From positions 472 through 64,471 of the forward strand of contig CAYXKT010000002.1 of NCBI GenBank assembly GCA_964465735.1: a DNA stretch of 64,000 nt, written 5' to 3'. The stretch comes from an uncultured bacterium. GTDB lineage: Bacteria; Auribacterota; Erginobacteria; Erginobacterales; Erginobacteraceae. Below are positions 56,058 to 64,000 of this stretch, in pieces. The translations under genes were made by a program, and so were the position numbers. Numbering within the stretch: position 1 is the first letter of the stretch; each line of letters opens with the position of its first letter. The notes under the pieces were generated by a model. The model was not told the origin of the DNA and did no database searches. It saw only the letters and a program-made list of their open reading frames with translations.

Positions 56058-59000
56058 GCAGTCGCCCCGGTGACGAAGGAGTCGGTGGACTGGGCGGTGA
56101 AATCAACGTAGTAGTACGGCCCGAAGGAAGACAGGATATACCAGCGATTCTCGCCCGGCCGGAAGACGGTCGGATCAGCCAGACCGTCCCCGTCGAAGTC
56201 TCCCACTACCGGGATATCTCCCCGCCCGGGAAGTCCCCAGCGGAACGACTCGGTATAGCTCCCGTCCAGTTTCCGGATAAACCAGTGTCCGGAGGTCGGG
56301 CGATATACCGCCAGCTCGGTGGCCCCGTCACCGGTATAGTCCATCGGCATTGCCAGGTCACCCTCCAGGTACCACCTCCGGGAACCGACCCCCCGGACGA
56401 ACCAATCTCCGGTCGACGGGCGGAGCATCGTGATGTCGGTCGTCCCATCCCCATTGTAATCTCCCGGTACCGGAATATCGCCCTCCCATCCCCAGTGAGC
56501 CACGGTCAGGTTCCGGATCCACCAGCGGTTGGTCGAGGACCTAAAGACGGCCAGTTCGGCGGTCCCATCCCCGGTATAATCCCCTGGGACCGGCAGATCC
56601 CCCCATTCCCCCCACTGCTCTTCGTCCAGTAAAACTCCCCCGGTCAGGCTCAGGACATACCACTTCCCGGAGAAACGGTCGAAGTAGCCGACGTCGGCCG
56701 TCCCGTCCCCGTCGTAGTCGCCGGGCACCGGAATATCACCCTCTCCCCCGCCCCAGACCAGTCCTGAAGTCACCCCCCGGATATCCCATTCCCCGCTGGC
56801 TGGGTCGTAGACCGCGGTATCGCTCGCCCCGTCCCCGTTATAATCGTCCCAATCCACCACCAGGTGGGCCGGGGTCAACCGGACCTCCGGGGTTGGGCTC
56901 GGGGTAGGCGTCGGCGTCGGGGTCCGGTAACCTTCGGGGGTCTGGCTTGGAGCGACGGTCGGTGTCGGACTCAAATACCCGGCCGGAGTCGGGCTTGGCG
57001 AAGCGGTCGGGGAAGGAGTCGCGCTGGGCGCCGGCGTCGGGGTGGTCAGGTATCCGACCTTCTCCAGCCGGGAGATGAAGATATCCTCCGCGCCCCCACC
57101 GAAGACGGACTGGAAAGCGTTCTCGACCGGGAAGTCAGTCGAAACAGTATCCCCGACCAGGTAGAACCTCCGCGAGCCGTCGAGGGCCGCGCCCAAGCTG
57201 GATTCCGTTCCGCTCCCTCCCAGGTAGGTGGAATAAGCCAGCGCATCCCCGACGGGATAGAGACTGGCCGCGAAGGCGTCCCGGTTGCCCCCCCCGTAAA
57301 CGGACTGGTAAGGGCGATAGAGCGGGAAATCGGTCGAGGTGGTCCAGCCGGCCAGGTAAACGTATCCGGAGCCATCGACCGCGATCCCTCGTCCGCGCTC
57401 CTCTCCGCTCCCTCCCAGATAGGTCGAATAGACCAGGGCATCCCCGGCGGCGGCGAGCCGGGCAACGAATACGTCCCCATAACTTGTCCCGCCACTCAAG
57501 ACCGACTGCAGGGCGTCCCGGGTGGGGAAGTCGGCGGAGAGGGTGTTACCGACTATCAGCGCCTCCCCGGTGGCGAGCAGCGCGATATCCTCCGCTCCAT
57601 CCTTACCGGCGCCACCGAGATATGTCGCATAGAGCGGTTCCGAACCGTCGGCAGCGAACCGAACCACGAACGCGTCGGCCTGCCCACCGCCAAAAGCGGC
57701 CTGGAAGGAGGACGCGGTGGGAAAGTCCTCGGACTCGGTCCGCCCGGTCAGGTAAGCCGAACCGGACCCGTCGACCGCGATCGCTTCCGCGTAATCGGCG
57801 GCGGCGCCGCCGAGGAAAGTCGAATAGACCAGGCCGGAGCCGTCACCGGACATCTTGCTGACGAAAATATCCCAGAACGAAGTCCCGGCGTGGGCCGGCT
57901 GCCAGGAATTCAGGGTCGGGAAATCCGCCGACCCGGTGCAGCCGGCCAGGTAGATGTCCCCTTCCCCGTCGACCGCGATACCCCGGACGGAGTCAGTTCC
58001 GGAACCGCCCAGATAGGTGGAGAAGACAAGGGTATCCCCGGAGGAAGATAGCTTGCTGACAAAGGCGTCGTAATCCCCGCCTGCTCGCCCGGCCTGGTAG
58101 GCCGCCGCGGTCGGAAAGTCTTCCGAAGATGTGTAACCGGCCACCAGGGCGTTGCCGTCCCCGTCAAGAGCAATATCCCACCCGACGTCTTCCCCCGAAC
58201 CGCCCAGATAGGTGGAGTAGAGCAAATTCTGCCCGTTTGAGGAGAACCTGGTAACCACTGTATCCCAGGAGCTGGAATAGGCGGGCTGGAGAGCGGAGGC
58301 GGTGGGGAAATCGGCCGAGGTGGTCACCCCGGCCAGGTAAGCCTCTCCCCCGGAGTTAACCGCGATGGCGAAACCCCGATCCCTCCCCTCCTCCCCCAGG
58401 TAGGTCGAGTAGTCGAGGACCAGACGATACATATAGTTATCCGGGGTCGGGGTCGGCGAGGGAGCCGGGGTCGGGGTGTCCGTCGGCGGAGGCGAGACCG
58501 TCGGGGTTGCCGACGGCGTTGGGGTTGCCGACGGCGTCGGGGTAATTGAAGGGGTCGGGGTCATCGAGGCGGTCGGGATTGCCGAAGGCGTCGGGGTCAC
58601 CGTCGAGGTCGGCGTGGCGGATGGCGTCGGCGTTACCGAGGGTGTCGGCACCAGGGAAGGCGTTGGCGTAATGGACGATGTCGGCGCCGGTGACGGTGTC
58701 GGCGTCACCGTGAGCGTCGGGGTTGCCGACGGTGTCGGGGTAATCGAGGGCGTCGGGGTGATCGACGGCGTTGGGGAAATTGATGGCGTCGGTGTAATTG
58801 ACGGTGTCGGTGTCACGCTCGGGGTCGGAGTTGGCGTGACCGAGGGCGACGGCGTCACCGTCGCCGTCGGCGTCACACTCGGGGTCGGCGTTACTGAAGG
58901 CGTCGGAGTAACCGACGGTGTCGGCACCACGGAAGGCGTCGGCGTAATGGATGATGTCGGCGCCGGTGACGGTGTCGGCGTCACCGAAGGAGTCGGGGTC

Positions 59001-62000
59001 ACCGTCGGCGTCACCGTGAGGGTCGGGGTCACCGTCGCCGTCGGGGTAATCGAGGGCGTCGGGGTGATCGACGGCGTCGGGGAAATTGATGGCGTCGGTG
59101 TAATTGACGGTGTCGGCGTGATTGATGGCGTCGGTGAGGGCGTCGGAGTTATCGACGGCGTGGGCGTAATTGAGGGTGTCGGCGGCGCGGTGGGCGTCGG
59201 AGTCACCGAAGGCGTCGGCGTCACCGTCGCCGTCGGCGTCACGCTCGGGGTCGGCGTCAGTGTCGGCGTCGGACTCGGCGTCGGCGTCGGCGTGATCAGG
59301 CACTTGACCAGGACATCGTCCAGGGCCAGGTCGCCGAGGCTCTTCTGATAGGTGAACTGGACCTGGCTGCTCGAGGGGTTGAGAACCAGGCCAGTGAAGA
59401 CCGTCCCGGTCGCGGGGATGGGGAGAAGATCGGTCACGGCGGCCCAGCCGACGGTGGCGGCGTACTCCTCGACCAGGAGACTGCTCAAGGAGTCGGTCCC
59501 CTGCCCCTTGACCCAGAACTGGAGCCACTCCCCGGGCAGGAACTCCGCCGTCCGGATGTAGTAACCGTCGGTGTCGAGCTTGAGCGAGGGCGAGAGATGG
59601 CCGTAGTCCCCGGAGGTGGTATAGACGTCCCCGGCCGCCACCCCGGAGAAGTTCCAGCCCGCCGGGATATCCCAGAGCGGGGCGGTGAACCCGTCAAACC
59701 CCTCGTCCAGCCGGGTGCAGATCGCCGGTGTCGGCGTAGCCGTCGGCTCTGCCGTAGGAGTCGGGGTCGCAGTGGCACTGGGCGCAATCGAGGGAGTCGA
59801 GGTCGCAGTCGGGGCTACGGTCGGTGTCGGAGTTCGCGTCGGGGCCACCGTCGGGGTCGCTGTCGGCGGAACGGTCGGCGGTGGAGTCTTGACCGGGGTA
59901 AGAGTCGGGGCCGGAGATGGCGTGGTCAGGCAGCTGACTAAAACATCATCAAAAGCAAGATCTCCCGCGGACTTATTATAAGTAAAGCGCAATCGTGTAG
60001 TGGAAGTGAGCAGATTAAAAGCTCCCAGGGTAGTCCCGGTTGTCGGGAGCGAACTGATATCGGTAACCGTACTCCAGCTGTCAATCGAGTAGTACTCTTC
60101 TACCAAAAGATGACTGGATGAGTCGGTACCCTGGCCTTTAACCCAGAACTGGAGCCAGTTTCCTTCGGCCAAAGCTGCCGTCTCGATAATATCCCCGGTA
60201 TTGTCCAGTTTGATCGACGGGGAAAGATGTCCAAAACTCCCCACCGCGGTATAGGTATCGGAGTTCAGGTTACAGCCGGTAAAGGTCCAGCCGGACGGCC
60301 GGGTCCCGGTATTAAAACCGTCAAACCCTTCGTCCAGCCGGGTACAGATCTCCGGGGTCGGGGTCGGGGTGACCACCCGGGGAGTGGGCGTAACCGTCGG
60401 GGTCGGGGTCGGGGTGATCACCCGGGGAGTGGGCGTAACCGTCGGGGTCGGAGATGGGAAGTCGGCCGGGAAGTTGAAGCGGGCGGCAAAGGCGTCGTAA
60501 TCTCCGGACCGGGAGGACTGGTAGGCGTTGAGGACCGGGAAGTTGGAGGATTTGGTATAACCGCCGATCGCGATATCGGGGGAATCGTCCGCCAGCGCCC
60601 GGCCCCGGTCGACTCCCGAACCGCCCAGGTAGCTGGAATACTCCAGGGCCGAACCGGCGGGGTTGAACCGGGCCAGATAAGCGTCCCAGTCACCCCCGGA
60701 AGTGGACTGGTAGGCGTTGACCACCGGGAAGTCGGTAGACTTCGTGGCCCCGACCACGGAAACCCGGCCGTCGGTCACTCGCAGGGCGTGGCATTCCTCC
60801 AGGCCGCTCCCCCCGAGATAGGTGGAGTAACCAAGAGTGGAACCGTCGGGGGCCAACCGGGCAACAAAGGTGTCACTGGTGCCGGAGAGGCTCCCCTGAT
60901 AAGCAGCGGAGGTGGGGAAGTTAGCCGAGAAGGTATCTCCCGCCAGGTAAACATTCCCCCCGGAATCAAGGCCGACCCCGCTGGCGGAATCGGCGTCGTT
61001 GCCGCCGAGATAGGTGGAGAAGACCAGGGAAGTCCCCCCGGAGGAAAACCGGGCAACAAAGGCGTCATAGCCACCGGCCATCGCCGGCTGGTAGGCAGAC
61101 ACAGTGGGAAAATCTCCAGAGTAAGTCAGACCGGCCAGATAGATTTCACCGCTGGAAACCGTGACCGCCAACCCCTGGTCTTCATCCGACCCCCCAAAAT
61201 AGGTGGAATAAAGCAGGGATTGTCCGTCCGCGGCAAAACGGGCAACAAAAGCGTCGTAATCGCCCCCGGGCGTCCCTCCGTGCGCGGACTGATAGGCACC
61301 GACGACCGGGAAATCGCCGGAATTGGTGTACCCGGCCAGATAGGGGGTGTCGTTTTCGACGAAGATGCCGTAGCCACGGTCATTCTCATTCCCCCCCAGA
61401 TAGGTGGAGTAGAGAAGATCGGTGCCCCCGGAAGAGAACTTGGCGAGAAAGGCATCGCTGGAACCGGACCGAGACGACTGGTAGGCGTTGACAGCAGGGA
61501 AATTATAGGAAAATGTGGTCCCGATTATGTAGGCCTGGCCGGAGGAGTCGACCGCCAGAGCATTGACATAATCGGATGAAGATCCTCCCAGGTAGGTGGA
61601 GTAACTCAGGCTCTGCCCATCGGAGGAGAACTTGGCCAGGAAAACATCGTAATTACCGGCGTTGCCGGATTGATAGGCGTTGGCGGACGGAAAATTGCTC
61701 GACCGGGTATAGCCGGTCAGGTAGATCGAACCATCAACGATCTCAATCCCCCGGGTATAGTCCTTCCCGGTTCCGCCGAGATAAGTGGAATACTCCAGGG
61801 CCAGGTTAACCGGGGTCGGGGTCGGTCCGGACGGGGTCAGGGTGGGGACCGGGGTCAAGGTAGCAGTCGGCGGCGGGGTCGGGGTGGCGGTCGGCGGCGG
61901 GGTCAGGGGGAGCGATGGAGTCGGGGTCGGGGTTTTGTAGTCCCCCGGGGTCACCGTCGCCGTCGGCGGCACGCTGGAGGACGGCGACGGTGTCGGAGAT

Positions 62001-63901
62001 TTGTAATCTACCGGGGTCGGCGTGGTCAGGGAAGGGTTGCCCCGGATGATGATGTCGTCGAGAGCGATGTTGCCCTTCTCTTTATTCAAAGTAAACCGGA
62101 TCCGGTCGGTGGGGTTGTAGAGATTGATCGGACCCACCGTAACCCCCTGCTTGGTATCGGGAAGATAGGTAAACTCGCCCAGCGGATACCACTGGTCGTT
62201 ATAGTGGTCCTCAACCAGCAGGGAAGTGGTGGTATCGGTGCCGGCCCCCCGCATCCAGAACTGGAGCGAGGTGGCGTCATAAAGGACCTCGGTGGTGATC
62301 TGGGCCCCGTTGGTATCGAGCTTGATCGAGGGAGGCGACTGACCGCAGTAATCGGGGTTGGAATAAGTATCGCTGTTAAGGTTGCAATAAAGGAATGTCC
62401 AGCCGGCTGGTCGGACGCCCGCGGCAAATCCGGTAAAATCTTCCTCGACCACAACCTCGTGCGCGGTGACGTGAAAGGTCTTGGTCACGGGTTTGTGAGT
62501 AATCCCAGGATAGTAGAGGTCGTCGTATTTGATCGGCGGGACCGCCGAGAGGGGGGCAAAGATATGGTCGTCGAAGACGTGGCCGGCGGTAAAGGTCTGG
62601 AACGAGGTATAAGTCTGGCCGACATTGGTGGTGATGGTCCGGTTATCGAGGAGAACGTTGGGCATTATCCAGTCGTAGGGGTAGCTGCGGGGGGTAGTCG
62701 AATTGGTGTTGTCGTTCCCCTCCCGGTCCATCGGGATGTAGTTATTGTAGTTGAGGAAGGTCGAGAAGACGGCCAGGCAGGGTTCACTGGCCGGGGAGCG
62801 GGAAAAGCAGTTCAAATCACCGGCCAGGACCGCGTAATGGTTCTGCAGATCAAACTCAGTCTGCATATAATCCTTGAGCTGGTAAGCCTGGTCCTCCCGG
62901 ATCAGCCGGTCCGAGGTGGTATTGCCGGCCTTGAGATGAACGGAGACGATCTGGAGGTCCCGGTCGCCGGGGATATCGACCACCGCCCAGGCAAAATTCC
63001 TCCCCAGCGTCTCGTGGCCGACATCCTCCCAGGTCCCGGCGGTCAGGATCGACCATCGGCTGATGATCCCGTTGGCGGCGCCGGCGGACTCGATATAGTA
63101 ATCGAAATCACTCCCGAAGGCGGTATCCACCCATTCCCGGACCCCGGAGTAGGTGGACTGGACGCTGAACTCCTGGACGCTGGTAATATCCGGTCCCAGG
63201 CCCTGGAAGATCCGGGCCGCCGGATCTCCGTAACGGTACTTGAAGGCCATAATGTTAGTGGTACAGACGGTCAGGGACTCATAGTGGGAGATCGGGGTCG
63301 GCGGGGGCGTCGGGGACTTGTAGCCAACCGGGGTCGGAGTGGTGACACCGGCGGTCGGGGTCGGAACCGGGGTTGAGGTCGGGATCGGGGTCGGGGTCTT
63401 GAAAAGGGAGGTAATCAGGACATCATCAATACCCAGATTGCCGCTCCGTTTGGCGTAAGTAAATTTCAGCTGGCTGGTCGAGGGATTGAGGGCGAGGTCG
63501 CCGATCGTCGTCCCGGAGGTGGGGAGATAACTGACCTGAGTCAGGGTGTGCCAGGTACTGAAATACTCTTCGACCAGGAGGCTGCTGGTGATGTCCGTCC
63601 CCTGGCCCTTGATCCAGAATCGGAGCCAGTCCGGGTCGGAGAAGCTGGAGGTGGTGACGGCGTCGCCGGTGGCGTCAAGCTTGATCGAGGGGGAGGCGGC
63701 GCCGTAATCTCCGGCCATAATATAGGTATCGGCATCCTGGTTGCAACCCGTGAACGTCCAGCCGGCCGGTCGGGTCCCGGTATCGAAACCGTCAAACCCC
63801 TCCTCAATCAGGGCACCCCGGGAAGAAGAGATAACCGCGAAAGAAGCCAACAAGGCAACGGAGGCAAGAAAGACTCGAAAAAGACGCTTGGAGATCTTCA
63901 T
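56051..63901 (-). CDS. Giant secreted multidomain surface protein (2616 aa): 4x unassigned N-domain, EEP-like domain, 2x SBBP-type propeller repeat blocks, Pro/Thr/Ser linkers, C-terminal FG-GAP-like repeats ending ...VTGATAY
   Basis: Signal peptide [29 protein letters not shown]-like region at about 62500-63290 ([13 protein letters not shown]...VSVHLKAG...GDLNCF...[10 protein letters not shown]). SBBP-like repeats ([24 protein letters not shown]) at about 60100-61800 and 56730-58410. PT linkers, the largest at 58437-59330. FG-GAP-like repeats at 56054-56620. Confidence 0.85.
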   Translation of the reverse strand: MKISKRLFRVFLASVALLASFAVISSSRGALIEEGFDGFDTGTRPAGWTFTGCNQDADTYIMAGDYGAASPSIKLDATGDAVTTSSFSDPDWLRFWIKGQGTDITSSLLVEEYFSTWHTLTQVSYLPTSGTTIGDLALNPSTSQLKFTYAKRSGNLGIDDVLITSLFKTPTPIPTSTPVPTPTAGVTTPTPVGYKSPTPPPTPISHYESLTVCTTNIMAFKYRYGDPAARIFQGLGPDITSVQEFSVQSTYSGVREWVDTAFGSDFDYYIESAGAANGIISRWSILTAGTWEDVGHETLGRNFAWAVVDIPGDRDLQIVSVHLKAGNTTSDRLIREDQAYQLKDYMQTEFDLQNHYAVLAGDLNCFSRSPASEPCLAVFSTFLNYNNYIPMDREGNDNTNSTTPRSYPYDWIMPNVLLDNRTITTNVGQTYTSFQTFTAGHVFDDHIFAPLSAVPPIKYDDLYYPGITHKPVTKTFHVTAHEVVVEEDFTGFAAGVRPAGWTFLYCNLNSDTYSNPDYCGQSPPSIKLDTNGAQITTEVLYDATSLQFWMRGAGTDTTTSLLVEDHYNDQWYPLGEFTYLPDTKQGVTVGPINLYNPTDRIRFTLNKEKGNIALDDIIIRGNPSLTTPTPVDYKSPTPSPSSSVPPTATVTPGDYKTPTPTPSLPLTPPPTATPTPPPTATLTPVPTLTPSGPTPTPVNLALEYSTYLGGTGKDYTRGIEIVDGSIYLTGYTRSSNFPSANAYQSGNAGNYDVFLAKFSSDGQSLSYSTYLGGSSSDYVNALAVDSSGQAYIIGTTFSYNFPAVNAYQSSRSGSSDAFLAKFSSGGTDLLYSTYLGGNENDRGYGIFVENDTPYLAGYTNSGDFPVVGAYQSAHGGTPGGDYDAFVARFAADGQSLLYSTYFGGSDEDQGLAVTVSSGEIYLAGLTYSGDFPTVSAYQPAMAGGYDAFVARFSSGGTSLVFSTYLGGNDADSASGVGLDSGGNVYLAGDTFSANFPTSAAYQGSLSGTSDTFVARLAPDGSTLGYSTYLGGSGLEECHALRVTDGRVSVVGATKSTDFPVVNAYQSTSGGDWDAYLARFNPAGSALEYSSYLGGSGVDRGRALADDSPDIAIGGYTKSSNFPVLNAYQSSRSGDYDAFAARFNFPADFPSPTPTVTPTPRVITPTPTPTVTPTPRVVTPTPTPEICTRLDEGFDGFNTGTRPSGWTFTGCNLNSDTYTAVGSFGHLSPSIKLDNTGDIIETAALAEGNWLQFWVKGQGTDSSSHLLVEEYYSIDSWSTVTDISSLPTTGTTLGAFNLLTSTTRLRFTYNKSAGDLAFDDVLVSCLTTPSPAPTLTPVKTPPPTVPPTATPTVAPTRTPTPTVAPTATSTPSIAPSATATPTPTAEPTATPTPAICTRLDEGFDGFTAPLWDIPAGWNFSGVAAGDVYTTSGDYGHLSPSLKLDTDGYYIRTAEFLPGEWLQFWVKGQGTDSLSSLLVEEYAATVGWAAVTDLLPIPATGTVFTGLVLNPSSSQVQFTYQKSLGDLALDDVLVKCLITPTPTPSPTPTLTPTPSVTPTATVTPTPSVTPTPTAPPTPSITPTPSITPTPSPTPSITPTPSITPTPSISPTPSITPTPSITPTATVTPTLTVTPTVTPTPSVTPTPSPAPTSSITPTPSVVPTPSVTPTPSVTPTPSVTPTATVTPSPSVTPTPTPSVTPTPSITPTPSISPTPSITPTPSITPTPSATPTLTVTPTPSPAPTSSITPTPSLVPTPSVTPTPSATPTSTVTPTPSAIPTASMTPTPSITPTPSATPTPSATPTVSPPPTDTPTPAPSPTPTPDNYMYRLVLDYSTYLGEEGRDRGFAIAVNSGGEAYLAGVTTSADFPTASALQPAYSSSWDTVVTRFSSNGQNLLYSTYLGGSGEDVGWDIALDGDGNALVAGYTSSEDFPTAAAYQAGRAGGDYDAFVSKLSSSGDTLVFSTYLGGSGTDSVRGIAVDGEGDIYLAGCTGSADFPTLNSWQPAHAGTSFWDIFVSKMSGDGSGLVYSTFLGGAAADYAEAIAVDGSGSAYLTGRTESEDFPTASSFQAAFGGGQADAFVVRFAADGSEPLYATYLGGAGKDGAEDIALLATGEALIVGNTLSADFPTRDALQSVLSGGTSYGDVFVARLAAAGDALVYSTYLGGSGEERGRGIAVDGSGYVYLAGWTTSTDFPLYRPYQSVYGGGNRDAFAASLYPVGDALAYSTYLGGSGTESSLGAALDGSRRFYLVGDTVSTDFPVENAFQSVFGGGAEDIFISRLEKVGYLTTPTPAPSATPSPTASPSPTPAGYLSPTPTVAPSQTPEGYRTPTPTPTPSPTPEVRLTPAHLVVDWDDYNGDGASDTAVYDPASGEWDIRGVTSGLVWGGGEGDIPVPGDYDGDGTADVGYFDRFSGKWYVLSLTGGVLLDEEQWGEWGDLPVPGDYTGDGTAELAVFRSSTNRWWIRNLTVAHWGWEGDIPVPGDYNGDGTTDITMLRPSTGDWFVRGVGSRRWYLEGDLAMPMDYTGDGATELAVYRPTSGHWFIRKLDGSYTESFRWGLPGRGDIPVVGDFDGDGLADPTVFRPGENRWYILSSFGPYYYVDFTAQSTDSFVTGATAY
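58437..59330. repeat. Low-complexity tandem-repeat DNA encoding a (T/S)PTP(S/T)(V/I/A) linker of about 300 aa
   Basis: 6-, 9- and 15-bp periodic GTCGGGGT / GACGGCGTCGG repeats. On the minus strand they read [17 protein letters not shown].... On the plus strand they produce the spurious [13 protein letters not shown]. Confidence 0.8.
60364..60447. repeat. 42-bp perfect tandem duplication within a PT linker of the giant gene
   Basis: GGGGTGA(C/T)CACCCGGGGAGTGGGCGTAACCGTCGGGGTCGG x2. Encodes [11 protein letters not shown](I/V)T twice. Confidence 0.7.
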
Positions 63902-64000
63902 CTATAGTTATCCTGTCAACCGGCTGATATAAATCCCACCTGCCCCACAGTCCTCCCGAAACGACCAGGATGAATACCACTGAGAGGATACTCTCTCCGT

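Noticed and set aside
58437-59330. Periodic short repeats that could be mistaken for a CRISPR array
   Set aside because: The units are 6-15 bp, contiguous and lie inside a coding sequence, where they encode a Pro/Thr linker. There is no 25-40 bp repeat/spacer architecture, and no cas genes are nearby.
58476-59348. 290-aa ORF made of [10 protein letters not shown] repeats
   Set aside because: It is the reverse-strand reading of the PT-linker tandem repeat of the giant gene, so it is an artefact of the repeat and not a gene.

Overview
High-GC (about 60-65%) bacterial accessory region, most likely from a diderm: it encodes outer-membrane beta-barrel proteins, Wza/Wzc, Wzx and an O-antigen-ligase-like protein. 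Nearly the whole window is one glycan biosynthesis/export and surface-protein island. It contains: (i) five to six GT-C-fold (ArnT/PMT-like, GT39/GT83-type) integral-membrane glycosyltransferases and two GT2 polyprenyl-phosphate-sugar synthases; (ii) a plus-strand module 18.9-32.1 kb with GT2, a B12-dependent radical SAM enzyme, a GT-C/PA14 fusion, a lipoprotein, an outer-membrane barrel, Wza, a Wzc tyrosine kinase, two methyltransferases and a membrane protein; (iii) a minus-strand operon of about 18 kb (50.4 to 32.2 kb) with five GT4 transferases, a CgeB-like transferase, Wzx, a Wzy-like protein, an O-antigen-ligase-like protein, a carbamoyltransferase, FkbM and class I methyltransferases, an APH-like kinase, a Tmk-like kinase and GDP-fucose synthase, with many 4-nt start/stop overlaps; (iv) three secreted proteins, two tandem paralogs of about 460 aa and a 2616-aa giant. 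These share an unassigned N-terminal domain of about 135 aa (six copies in total), FG-GAP-like C-terminal repeats and a conserved C-terminal heptapeptide. The giant also carries an EEP-like domain, SBBP-type propeller repeats and long Pro/Thr/Ser linkers. A fur-feoA-feoA-feoB-feoC iron-uptake locus with Fur-box-like palindromes sits inside the island. Non-coding structure includes a family of intergenic nested-hairpin repeat elements (at least six copies), a 163-bp MITE-like element with terminal inverted repeats (two copies), a 304-bp block that is 100% identical between the tandem paralogs, PT-linker tandem repeats, a strong terminator hairpin and an ORF interrupted by an in-frame TGA. I found no tRNA, rRNA or CRISPR. 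Proposed system: a polyprenyl-phosphate-sugar-dependent periplasmic protein O-glycosylation machinery, PMT-like GT-C enzymes plus a shared periplasmic domain, acting on the PT-rich surface proteins, alongside a heavily methylated and carbamoylated exopolysaccharide pathway.
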